This document shows positions 56,302 through 64,000 of a DNA stretch of 64,000 nt, one piece after another. Below the pieces are notes generated by a model. It was not told where the DNA came from and made no database searches. It saw only the letters and a program-made list of their open reading frames with translations. The position numbers were made by a program, and so were the translations under genes. The stretch's first letter is position 1. Every line of letters starts with the position of its first letter. Source of the DNA: an uncultured Clostridia bacterium (lineage in GTDB: Bacteria; Bacillota; Clostridia; Oscillospirales; Ruminococcaceae); NCBI GenBank assembly GCA_947510165.1, contig CANNSB010000004.1:23318-87317 (forward strand), in the 5' to 3' direction.

Positions 56302-58824
56302 GTGGCGATAATTTCGATTTTAAATAAACAAACAGATTTTACGGGAGAAGTTCCGCTTTCATTTGGCAATAGTGGTCTTTGGAGATTTAATGAAAGTGGT
56401 CCGGATAATAACTTAGATTTAATCGACAGTTCTCAAAACAATAGAAAAATACACATTATCGGATGGAGTGGAACAACTGCAGACCTATTTGCTGGTAAGA
56501 CAGGTGGATTTTTCAAGATGAATATCAATAACCCAACAGTTGAGAAAACTCACTTGCAAGTTGATAATGATGGTTCTATCTTTGCAAATATGGGAGAAAA
56601 GATTGTGGTTGGTGGTTGGATGAACCCCACCACATATTCTGTAGGAAACACATTCTGTCCTATTTTTAACACAAGGCAAGGACCTGGTCAGCCGATTTTA
56701 TATTTGTCTTTATATCGTGGAAAACCAAGACTGATGTTATACAACTCATCTGGTTCTTTAATCCTTGATGAAACAATAACCATGCCATTTAATTTAGTCA
56801 ATAATGGATGGTATTTCTTTGCTGTGATTATAGAGCCAAACAATAAGATGGCTACTTATTTTGTGGGCAACAGAGCAAGTGGAGAGGTTTTTGTGTCGGA
56901 TACTATGGCTTTTACAGGAACGCTAAATCCAAATTGTACAGCAAACCTTATACTGGGTATGCATGCTAATTCTTATTATTATGCAGGTGGATTTGATGAT
57001 TGGTTTTTGGATTGTGATTCTACTGTTACAATCAGTGATTTAAGAAGGTACTTTCTTGGTAGTTTAGATGCAAACGGAGCAGACAGGAGGTCCGATGTTG
57101 ATGCACTTACAACTCTGAATACAGTAACATTAAAACTCACTGGTGGAAGTTACCCATTAAGTGGGCAACTTGTAACTATCCCTACAAATTTATACCTTGA
57201 GGGAAATGGTAGAATATCTGTCACAAGTGAATATACAACAGGTATAACATCTATCAGCCTTATTGAAACTTCTACTTCAGATGATTTAATTGAGTGGTCT
57301 GCTTGGGAGAACCTCGGAACAGGCGGTGCTTTAACATCACCCAATGCTCAATATATCCGTTTCAGAATTACGCTTACAACAACAGATACTAGGCTATCTC
57401 CAAGGCTAAAAGAGATTACTGTAAATGATTTACCAAAACGAAAGACGGAGCAAATAGGCTTTGCAAAAGTTATTGTACTTGATGAGGATAGGAAATCGGA
57501 AGCAATTCTTGAAAATGCCTATGACATACTAATTACGAGTGAAGTAAACGGAGCAGATACACTTTCTTTTAAGCTACCATTTAGTGATAAAAAAAGAGAG
57601 TATCTTGCCAATGAAAAACATATCAAAATAGCAAATGAAGTTTATTCTATACGCATGATTACAGATGATAAGGATAATACTGGTAAAATCATTACTTCAG
57701 TCTATGGGGAAAGTTCTTTCTATGATTTGGCTTTTTCAGCGAAAAAAGAAACGGTGGATTTCAATGCAGAAACAGCGCTTGCACCACTTACCTATGCTTT
57801 AGATGGTACAGGTTGGGAAGTTGGCACAGTTGATGTAGTAAGCCTTAGAACTTGGCAGTGCAATGAAAAAAATGCGCTTGCAATATTAAGACAGATCCAA
57901 GCTATGCACGGTGGAGATTTAATCTTTGATAGTATTGGGAAACTTGTACATTTACTGAATTTCGGTGGCAAAGACAGTGGAGCTTTATTTACCTATCGCA
58001 AGAATATGAAATCTATTCAAAAGGTCATGGATACAAGAGAACTAATTACAAAACTGTATGCCATTGGGAAAGACGGCATGACTTTTGCAAGTATTAATAA
58101 CGGTAAAGATTATGTGGAAGATTATAGTTTTTCACAGGAAGTAAGGGTGTCAATCCTTGACTGTTCTAACTTTACAAATCCATATCAGATGCTTGAATAT
58201 ACTGAAGAAAGGCTACAGCTATATGCAAAACCTCGTGTATCCTATGTAGTATCAGCAATGGATTTATCAGTTATGACGGGTTTTGAGCATGAGGCATGGA
58301 ACTTAGGAGATATTGTGATTGTAGAGGATAAAGAATTAAATATCTCTATAAAAACAAGGGTAATTAGGCGTGAATATAATGTCAGAGAGCCTTGGAATAC
58401 GGTGCTTGAATTATCTACAACGCTACGTGAGTTTGGTGATACTTCCGCACAGTGGGATAAGGCAGCTGATGTGTTATCTTCAACGGATGTCATTGACAGG
58501 CAAGAAGTAAAAGACCTCGTACCTTTTAATCATCTTAGGAATTCAAGAGCCGACAGTGGTATTAATTACTGGATAAACTCAGGTTTTGAGGTTGATGGAG
58601 AAAACGGTGCAAGCGGAGATGCATCATTTAAAGCAAGTGCTGTCCTAGGTATGACAAAAAGCATCTCACAAAAGGTTACTCCTGCAAATCGTAGAAACTA
58701 CACCATTTCTGCACAGATAGCATCAGAAGATTTGGAAAAAGGATCGTCTGGTCAAGTCGGCATCGAAGTGACATTTGAGTATGAGGACGGGACAACGGAG
58801 ATACGATTTATTGACCTATTTTGA
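56302..58824 (+). CDS. tail-associated protein (Tal) with ConA/LamG-like N-terminal domain and prophage-tail endopeptidase-like core
   Basis: Position after Dit. YYAGGFDDWFLD LamG-like strand. Central 'phage minor structural protein' type region. Ends at a TGA followed by an in-frame ORF. Confidence 0.6.
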   Translation: MAIISILNKQTDFTGEVPLSFGNSGLWRFNESGPDNNLDLIDSSQNNRKIHIIGWSGTTADLFAGKTGGFFKMNINNPTVEKTHLQVDNDGSIFANMGEKIVVGGWMNPTTYSVGNTFCPIFNTRQGPGQPILYLSLYRGKPRLMLYNSSGSLILDETITMPFNLVNNGWYFFAVIIEPNNKMATYFVGNRASGEVFVSDTMAFTGTLNPNCTANLILGMHANSYYYAGGFDDWFLDCDSTVTISDLRRYFLGSLDANGADRRSDVDALTTLNTVTLKLTGGSYPLSGQLVTIPTNLYLEGNGRISVTSEYTTGITSISLIETSTSDDLIEWSAWENLGTGGALTSPNAQYIRFRITLTTTDTRLSPRLKEITVNDLPKRKTEQIGFAKVIVLDEDRKSEAILENAYDILITSEVNGADTLSFKLPFSDKKREYLANEKHIKIANEVYSIRMITDDKDNTGKIITSVYGESSFYDLAFSAKKETVDFNAETALAPLTYALDGTGWEVGTVDVVSLRTWQCNEKNALAILRQIQAMHGGDLIFDSIGKLVHLLNFGGKDSGALFTYRKNMKSIQKVMDTRELITKLYAIGKDGMTFASINNGKDYVEDYSFSQEVRVSILDCSNFTNPYQMLEYTEERLQLYAKPRVSYVVSAMDLSVMTGFEHEAWNLGDIVIVEDKELNISIKTRVIRREYNVREPWNTVLELSTTLREFGDTSAQWDKAADVLSSTDVIDRQEVKDLVPFNHLRNSRADSGINYWINSGFEVDGENGASGDASFKASAVLGMTKSISQKVTPANRRNYTISAQIASEDLEKGSSGQVGIEVTFEYEDGTTEIRFIDLF

Positions 58825-58836
58825 TTGGAGGTGTGT

Positions 58837-59031
58837 ATGGTTAATTTTCAGCATATTGCAAAAGACTGCTCACCCAAAGGTTATGGCAGATTAAAGAATA
58901 TTACCATTCGTCTATTTGTTAAAGACTGTACAGGAAATGTATATTTTACCGATGTGTTTTTGCAAGGTGGATCTATTGCTACAGGCTGGGTAAGCCATGC
59001 AAGTGAACTGCAGTGGACTCTTGATGGGTAG
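58837..59031 (+). CDS. small tail-module protein, in frame with Tal across TGA
   Basis: GGAGGTG RBS before ATG 58837. Same frame as 56302..58824. Motif DCTGNVYFTDVFLQGG is shared with the next ORF. Confidence 0.45.
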   Translation: MVNFQHIAKDCSPKGYGRLKNITIRLFVKDCTGNVYFTDVFLQGGSIATGWVSHASELQWTLDG

Positions 59032-59039
59032 GTGGTTAG

Positions 59040-59612
59040 ATGGATAAGTTTACAAGATTTTCAGAAACTATTTTAGTTAAGCGAGATTTAAAGGTAGTGT
59101 CTATAACAATGAAACCTCTTGTTACCGATTGTACAGGTGCGATATGGTTTACAGATTTAATGGTACAAGAGGGAGATAAGCTGACAGGTTATTGCCTTAA
59201 TACAGAAACCTCTATAAGAAAAATGAGAGATGCAGAAGGTATTATAGTTCCGCCAAGGCACTATAACGGGATAATCAGGAACTCTATGACAGCTGTTATT
59301 TTTAATCTTGGATCAGATACAGCGGGACTTGATATTAAAATATATCCAAACCAAAGTATGAATAATATCTCTTTATCTCAAGGCAGTGGTGGACACAGCG
59401 TGAAGTTTCTAACATCAGCTGATAGTGGTGATGAATTAGAGCTACTTTCATCAAGTAGAGAGTGTCTTAAAAATAATAGAACTATAGAAAAAGATGGATT
59501 TTATCAATACTCGGCAAGTGGTGATAGTAAGCACAATGTAGTTTTAGAAGAAAAGAAATCTATAAAAATGTTAGTAGAATTTCAAGAAATGGAAGGAGGT
59601 GATGAACTTTGA
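59040..59612 (+). CDS. tail-module protein with the same DCTG..FTD motif
   Basis: TDCTGAIWFTDLMVQEGDKLTGY parallels KDCTGNVYFTDVFLQGGSIATGW of the previous ORF. Confidence 0.45.
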   Translation: MDKFTRFSETILVKRDLKVVSITMKPLVTDCTGAIWFTDLMVQEGDKLTGYCLNTETSIRKMRDAEGIIVPPRHYNGIIRNSMTAVIFNLGSDTAGLDIKIYPNQSMNNISLSQGSGGHSVKFLTSADSGDELELLSSSRECLKNNRTIEKDGFYQYSASGDSKHNVVLEEKKSIKMLVEFQEMEGGDEL

Positions 59613-62086
59613 GAGAAGGTTTAAAAGGTAGAGGGTGCATGGTATGGTCTTTTATGCAAAACAAAAGAATGTATGATGCACTTAGAGATTACGGAGATCG
59701 GCTTGAAACGGTGGGGATATTTACTTTTGAGGTGGATATTACAGGAACAATTACGGAAACAGGTACACCTATTTCTACCATGCTACCCTATATTAAAAAA
59801 TGGAAACATATCAAATGGATGCTGACTGTGATGAATCATGGAACGGCATCCATTTTTACAGCACTTAGAAATAACACAGGTGGTGCTAAGGATAAGTTTT
59901 TATCGGAACTTGTACGCATTATGAAAAAGTATTCATGGTGTGCTGGAGTAGATATTGACCTTGAGCGTGGCGGGAATTATGAAAACAAGGCACTTGCAAA
60001 TCAGCTTTTTTCGGATATTTATGACACTGTTAAGGCTTATGACAGCAGTAAACTTGTAAATGTGTGCTTACCCGGTATGACAAGTGTTAACGGCTCTGTC
60101 GGTGGTGAAAATTGGTGCGTGTATGAAGATATCAATCACTACTGTGATACAGCGGCTATTATGTCCTATGGTATGGCTTGGGCAGGTTCTGCTCCGGGAC
60201 CTGTTTCACCTAAAGACTGGCTTGATGGGATTTATGCTTATGCAAGCAGAGTTATGAATTCTGAAAAAATTTATCTCGGTCTTCCGGGGTATGGATGGAA
60301 CTGGCAGATATATGATACTCCTAAAAACTTGGGTAAATATTATCGTGGTGTTTCTCATACTTATTATGCCGCTGTTTATTGGATGACGGGAGTGTATAAC
60401 TTTACAGAAGATGATCCAACAAAGCTACAGCAACCTAAAATCCCAATCTTAGCCTACTTTGATGATTATGATAAAGTCCCTTATGCCTTCCCCCATGTCT
60501 ATGACTTTATGGAAGGTCAAGACGGTGTGTATGATGGAAATTTAATAGGAGAAGTTTATAAGAGAAGAAGGTATCTTACTTGTTACGGAAAGAGCCAAAA
60601 GGTGGAGTTTAAAAATGTAGTGATTGATAGAAATGGTGGTTCACTTAACAGTCATAGGGGCATTGTCGCTGTTTCAGACAACATGATAACTATGGGAGAT
60701 GGTGGTGAGGCAATCTATGAGTTTAATATAACAACTGGTACTTATGATATAGCTGTTTGTATTTGTTTTCCCTTTTGGGATAAGAATGCTATTGATATTT
60801 CTATTGATAGTGAGAGTGTTCATTATTCTGAAAATAGATTATGGTGGCCATACTGGAGAAAAACGGCATGGCTAAGTTTTGCAAGTAATAAGTATTTATC
60901 AAGTGGAAAACACACCATCAAAGTTAGAACTTCTATCAAAGGAGTACAGTTTTACGGATTTAAGATATGCAGCCATTTCAGTGAAAAGCTAAGTGTGGGA
61001 ACGGCAAATTTCATGATGCACCCTCGGGAATTTTTTGATGTAGATAAAAATCTATGCCAGCCAAACCACGGCTTTAAATTGACAAGTGAGGTGCTTAGAA
61101 GAAAAGCAGACTCTGCACTCATTTGGTATGAAGATTTCAGAGATAGTCCTACAATTCCTGAAAGTTATTACACCACTCTTGAAGGAGCGTTTGAAGTGTG
61201 GCAGGAGGATTTACCTTATGGAAGTACCAAAAGACCGTACTCACAGCTTGATGGGTACGGAAAAATAGCATGGAATTATAACAGCTTTTCAGATATTCAT
61301 ATCAGAGCAAGTATTGGATTTCCAAGTAGTGGTAGTGGACGTGCTGGAATATTTGTGGGTGATGTGTTTTGTTGTTTCAATGTATCGACTCAGAGGGTGG
61401 AATTATATCAAGGTTCAATTTTGCTTAATAGTTATAATACATCATTCGATAGAACAACAGATAGTGAAATGCGAACAAATCCTAATATGTATACCATTGA
61501 AATGAGGGTTCGAGGAAACAAAGTAAGGGTTTATTCGGGTGCATCAAATACACTTAGATTTACAGCTACTGTATCAAGTACTATCGGATATGCAGGGTTT
61601 CGTTCTGAAACAAGAGCAATCTGTGATTTACTAAGGATTGGAGATGCTTGGGCTTATGAGCCTTATGAAAGGTTTGATGTTACATTTCCCGATAATACCA
61701 CGACTACTTTTGGAAGGATTGAGCGTTCAAATGCAGTATGGAATCACGAGTTTGAAGTATTTACTTTAACATCAGATATGGAGGAATATCAGACAAGGGA
61801 AGAAAATATATCTCTTGATTATGAATTTTACCATTCTAAGCTACTTCATTTAACTTGTGGCGAAGATTACATCATAAAAATTGAACCCAAGGATATTAAT
61901 TTGTGGCTATCTAGGTTATTTCTTGGTGATTCGGACGGTTTTTCCATTTTATATTATCAAGATGTAGATAGCCTGATTCATTGGGCGAATGAGGCGGCAT
62001 ATCACTTTAAGTTAAAAGGTGTGGCCATTTGGTCGCTGGGTCAAGAAGATATGAGATTATGGGACGTAATGCCCAAACAAAACTAA
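59609..62086 (+). CDS. GH18-like glycoside hydrolase domain protein of the tail module (putative receptor-binding or depolymerase protein)
   Basis: AGVDIDLE (DxDxE catalytic signature of GH18), IMSYG, GLPGYGWNW, and a long beta-rich C-terminal half. Start is uncertain (ATG 59639 possible). Confidence 0.6.
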   Translation: MREGLKGRGCMVWSFMQNKRMYDALRDYGDRLETVGIFTFEVDITGTITETGTPISTMLPYIKKWKHIKWMLTVMNHGTASIFTALRNNTGGAKDKFLSELVRIMKKYSWCAGVDIDLERGGNYENKALANQLFSDIYDTVKAYDSSKLVNVCLPGMTSVNGSVGGENWCVYEDINHYCDTAAIMSYGMAWAGSAPGPVSPKDWLDGIYAYASRVMNSEKIYLGLPGYGWNWQIYDTPKNLGKYYRGVSHTYYAAVYWMTGVYNFTEDDPTKLQQPKIPILAYFDDYDKVPYAFPHVYDFMEGQDGVYDGNLIGEVYKRRRYLTCYGKSQKVEFKNVVIDRNGGSLNSHRGIVAVSDNMITMGDGGEAIYEFNITTGTYDIAVCICFPFWDKNAIDISIDSESVHYSENRLWWPYWRKTAWLSFASNKYLSSGKHTIKVRTSIKGVQFYGFKICSHFSEKLSVGTANFMMHPREFFDVDKNLCQPNHGFKLTSEVLRRKADSALIWYEDFRDSPTIPESYYTTLEGAFEVWQEDLPYGSTKRPYSQLDGYGKIAWNYNSFSDIHIRASIGFPSSGSGRAGIFVGDVFCCFNVSTQRVELYQGSILLNSYNTSFDRTTDSEMRTNPNMYTIEMRVRGNKVRVYSGASNTLRFTATVSSTIGYAGFRSETRAICDLLRIGDAWAYEPYERFDVTFPDNTTTTFGRIERSNAVWNHEFEVFTLTSDMEEYQTREENISLDYEFYHSKLLHLTCGEDYIIKIEPKDINLWLSRLFLGDSDGFSILYYQDVDSLIHWANEAAYHFKLKGVAIWSLGQEDMRLWDVMPKQN

Positions 62087-62159
62087 TAACTAAGTCATTT
62101 ATCAATCAGGATAAGTGGATTTTTTATGTAAAAAAATTAGAAAGAGAGGATTAAAAAAC

Positions 62160-62612
62160 ATGAAAAATATTATTTTAAGCATTGTAGCAGGATTTGGAGG
62201 TTTCCTTGGTTGGTTTCTTGGGGATTTAGATGGCTTTTTATATGCCCTTATTATCTTTGTGGTGGTTGATTATATCACAGGACTGATGAGAGCAATCATA
62301 GATAAAAAACTATCCAGTGGAGTTGGATTCAAAGGAATTTTCCGTAAGGTTTTAATCTTTGCACTTGTAGGTATTGGAAACATTTTAGATATGTATGTAC
62401 TGGGACAGGGGGAAGTGTTAAGAACGGCGATTGTCTTCTTTTATTTATCCAATGAGGGCATTTCACTACTTGAAAATGCGGGATATTTAGGACTACCGAT
62501 TCCGTCAAAATTAAAAGATATTTTAGTGCAACTGCACAACAAAGATAAGGTGAATTGCTCCGAAGGAGCAAGAGAGGACACTCTGGAGTGGGAGGAAAAA
62601 GACAATGAGTAA
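62160..62612 (+). CDS. holin (phage_holin_4-like)
   Basis: Three TM segments. FVVVDYITGLMRAI motif. Immediately precedes and overlaps the endolysin. Confidence 0.8.
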   Translation: MKNIILSIVAGFGGFLGWFLGDLDGFLYALIIFVVVDYITGLMRAIIDKKLSSGVGFKGIFRKVLIFALVGIGNILDMYVLGQGEVLRTAIVFFYLSNEGISLLENAGYLGLPIPSKLKDILVQLHNKDKVNCSEGAREDTLEWEEKDNE

Positions 62613-63507
62613 CAGTAAATTAGTAAACTACACAAGGATTTCACCTAACAGTACAAATCCAAGGAAAGATAAAATTAGGAAGATTACCATTCATCATATG
62701 GCAGGAAATTTGTCGGTGGAAACGTGTGGTAATGTATTTGCTCCAAGTTCACGTCAAGCAAGTTCCAATTACGGTATCGGAAGTGATGGTAGAGTTGGAA
62801 TATATGTAGAGGAGAAAAATCGTTCTTGGTGTAGTTCATCGGCAAGTAATGATAATCAAGCCATTACCATTGAAGTTGCAAATAATGGAGGTGCTCCTAA
62901 TTGGACTGTATCTGATATAGCACTTAGAAAGCTGATTGATTTATGTGTGGATATTTGTAAGCGCAACGGCATACCTAGTCTAAATTACACAGGCAATACA
63001 AATGGTAACCTTACCATGCATAAATGGTTTGCAGCAACAAACTGTCCGGGGCCATACCTTGAGAGTAAGTTTCCATACATTGCAAGTGAGGTAAATAAAA
63101 GGCTTACTGGAGGTGGATCATCTACATCAGATAATCTCTATCGTGTGCAAGTTGGTGCATATTCAAAGAAAGCCAATGCAAACAAGATGGAGGCAAAACT
63201 AAAGTCTAACGGTTTTGATACTTATATGCTTACAGCAAATGGTCTTTACAAAGTGCAAACAGGTGCATTTAGTCAAAAATCAAACGCTGAAAATCAGGCT
63301 AAGAAGTTAAAGTATTTAGGTTTTGATACTTATATCACTACAAATAGTGGAGCACCGGTTACTTCTACTCCAACAAAATCAATTGATATACTTGCAAGAG
63401 AAGTTATTCGTGGAGATTGGGGAAATGGTCAAGAGCGAAAAGACAGATTAACATCAGCAGGATATGATTATGGGGAAGTGCAAAAGGTTGTGAACAAACT
63501 GATGTAA
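62605..63507 (+). CDS. endolysin: N-acetylmuramoyl-L-alanine amidase (Amidase_2/PGRP) plus two SPOR repeats plus CW_7-like repeat
   Basis: ITIHHMAG..SSNYGIGSDG..NCPG zinc-amidase motifs. YRVQVGAYSKKANA and YKVQTGAFSQKSNA SPOR repeats. C-terminal GDWGNGQERKDRLTSAGYDY. Confidence 0.85.
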   Translation: MSNSKLVNYTRISPNSTNPRKDKIRKITIHHMAGNLSVETCGNVFAPSSRQASSNYGIGSDGRVGIYVEEKNRSWCSSSASNDNQAITIEVANNGGAPNWTVSDIALRKLIDLCVDICKRNGIPSLNYTGNTNGNLTMHKWFAATNCPGPYLESKFPYIASEVNKRLTGGGSSTSDNLYRVQVGAYSKKANANKMEAKLKSNGFDTYMLTANGLYKVQTGAFSQKSNAENQAKKLKYLGFDTYITTNSGAPVTSTPTKSIDILAREVIRGDWGNGQERKDRLTSAGYDYGEVQKVVNKLM

Positions 63508-63809
63508 ATGATATATATATATTGGAAATATGACTTGACTTACAAGACATTTAGAGCTTATATAGGATAGCAAGATTTGCTTAAAATAAAAAAGTCATGG
63601 CAGATCGGTATGCAACGAACATACCGACCCTGCAGAAGGTGAATAGACCACCCGCCACAACTGCAAAACAGCACCATAACAATGTAAAGTGTATCATATT
63701 TTCAATGCTTTCACAAGAGTGCGTGGACGGGTTAACAGGGACACTTCCCTACCTTTCTACGAACTTTTTTATTTAAGAGCACTTGACTAAATTTAAAAGG
63801 TTGGAGAAT

Positions 63810-64000
63810 ATGAATATTTTCAAAGTAAGAAAAGACTTAATCGGTAGCATCGATGGTCAGAAAAGTGTTAAGGAGATTTTAACAGAAGCAAAAATAATAA
63901 AGGAAGAACTGGGTAATAAATCATACTTGCTTGACGTTTACATTTCTTTATTCTTTGCTACCCAAAACATTACGAATGCATCCCATGCATCACAAGATGG
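63810..64000 (+). CDS. hypothetical protein, N-terminal fragment (continues beyond window)
   Basis: GGAG RBS before ATG 63810. Open to the window end (MNIFKVRKDLIGSIDGQKSVKEIL...). Not in the ORF track. Confidence 0.35.
   Translation, partial: MNIFKVRKDLIGSIDGQKSVKEILTEAKIIKEELGNKSYLLDVYISLFFATQNITNASHASQD

Larger units (their letters stand above)
22802..64000 (+). mobile_element. composite integrated element at rlmD 3' end: AT-rich defence cargo arm (to about 31.4 kb) plus siphovirus-like prophage; right end beyond window
   Basis: Host-type genes stop at the rlmD stop codon. Everything after it is R-M, defence or phage genes. G+C rises visibly at about 31.4 kb. No recombinase is in the window. 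Confidence 0.75.

Noticed and set aside
23077-58824. Three different in-frame stops occur in element genes: TAA in the AbrB-like gene, TAG in the ASCH gene and TGA after Tal. I considered phage stop-codon reassignment.
   Set aside because: All three stop codons also terminate well-supported neighbouring genes at the expected protein ends. There is only one case of each. The pattern fits two pseudogenes or re-initiation events plus one possible local readthrough, not a recoded genetic code.
63719-63723. GTGCG at 63719 was considered as a possible group II intron 5' end.
   Set aside because: No reverse-transcriptase-like ORF follows (the 63810 ORF does not resemble one). I could find no domain V-like hairpin in the remaining window.

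Overview
Low-GC Firmicutes-like chromosome in three parts. (A) 1-2125 is the edge of a phage-derived element: terS, terL and a partial portal gene on the minus strand. Its coding strand is unusually pyrimidine-rich and its proteins are Ser-rich. It abuts an unlisted small SRP RNA gene. (B) 2.2-22.8 kb is the host backbone: ffs-dnaX-ybaB-recR, smpB-ssrA (tmRNA), a CwlC-like amidase, PadR plus a pentapeptide-repeat protein, an ABC-F ATPase, Fe-ADH, a Pro-rich tandem-repeat protein, a SipW/TasA-like pair, a GT2 glycosyltransferase, hydF-hydG-hydE and rlmD. (C) From the stop codon of rlmD (22801) to the window end lies a composite integrated element. Its AT-rich cargo arm (22.8-31.4 kb) carries two m5C methyltransferases facing two paralogous MspI/HinP1I-like nuclease genes. 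The arm also carries a tightly coupled six-gene minus-strand block: an ABC-3C/Lamassu-like trio followed by XRE-HTH, Nudix and a stop-interrupted ASCH gene. A higher-GC siphovirus-like prophage follows (31.4-63.5 kb) with replication, HNH/terS, two orphan methyltransferases, terL, an HK97-type head, tail and lysis genes. No integrase is visible, so the recombination module is probably beyond 64000. The best candidate for something new is the defence cargo arm. Its LmuA-like protein has no recognisable effector domain and is operonically coupled to HTH-Nudix-ASCH. It sits beside a 2M+2R restriction system built from MspI/HinP1I-like paralogues. Other notable points are two promoter/terminator-bounded morons inside the structural operon, an in-frame TGA splitting a tail protein domain, in-frame stops in two cargo genes, an iteron-like origin candidate, and a 46-bp perfect palindrome. 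All product calls rest on motif recognition by eye; no database search was run.
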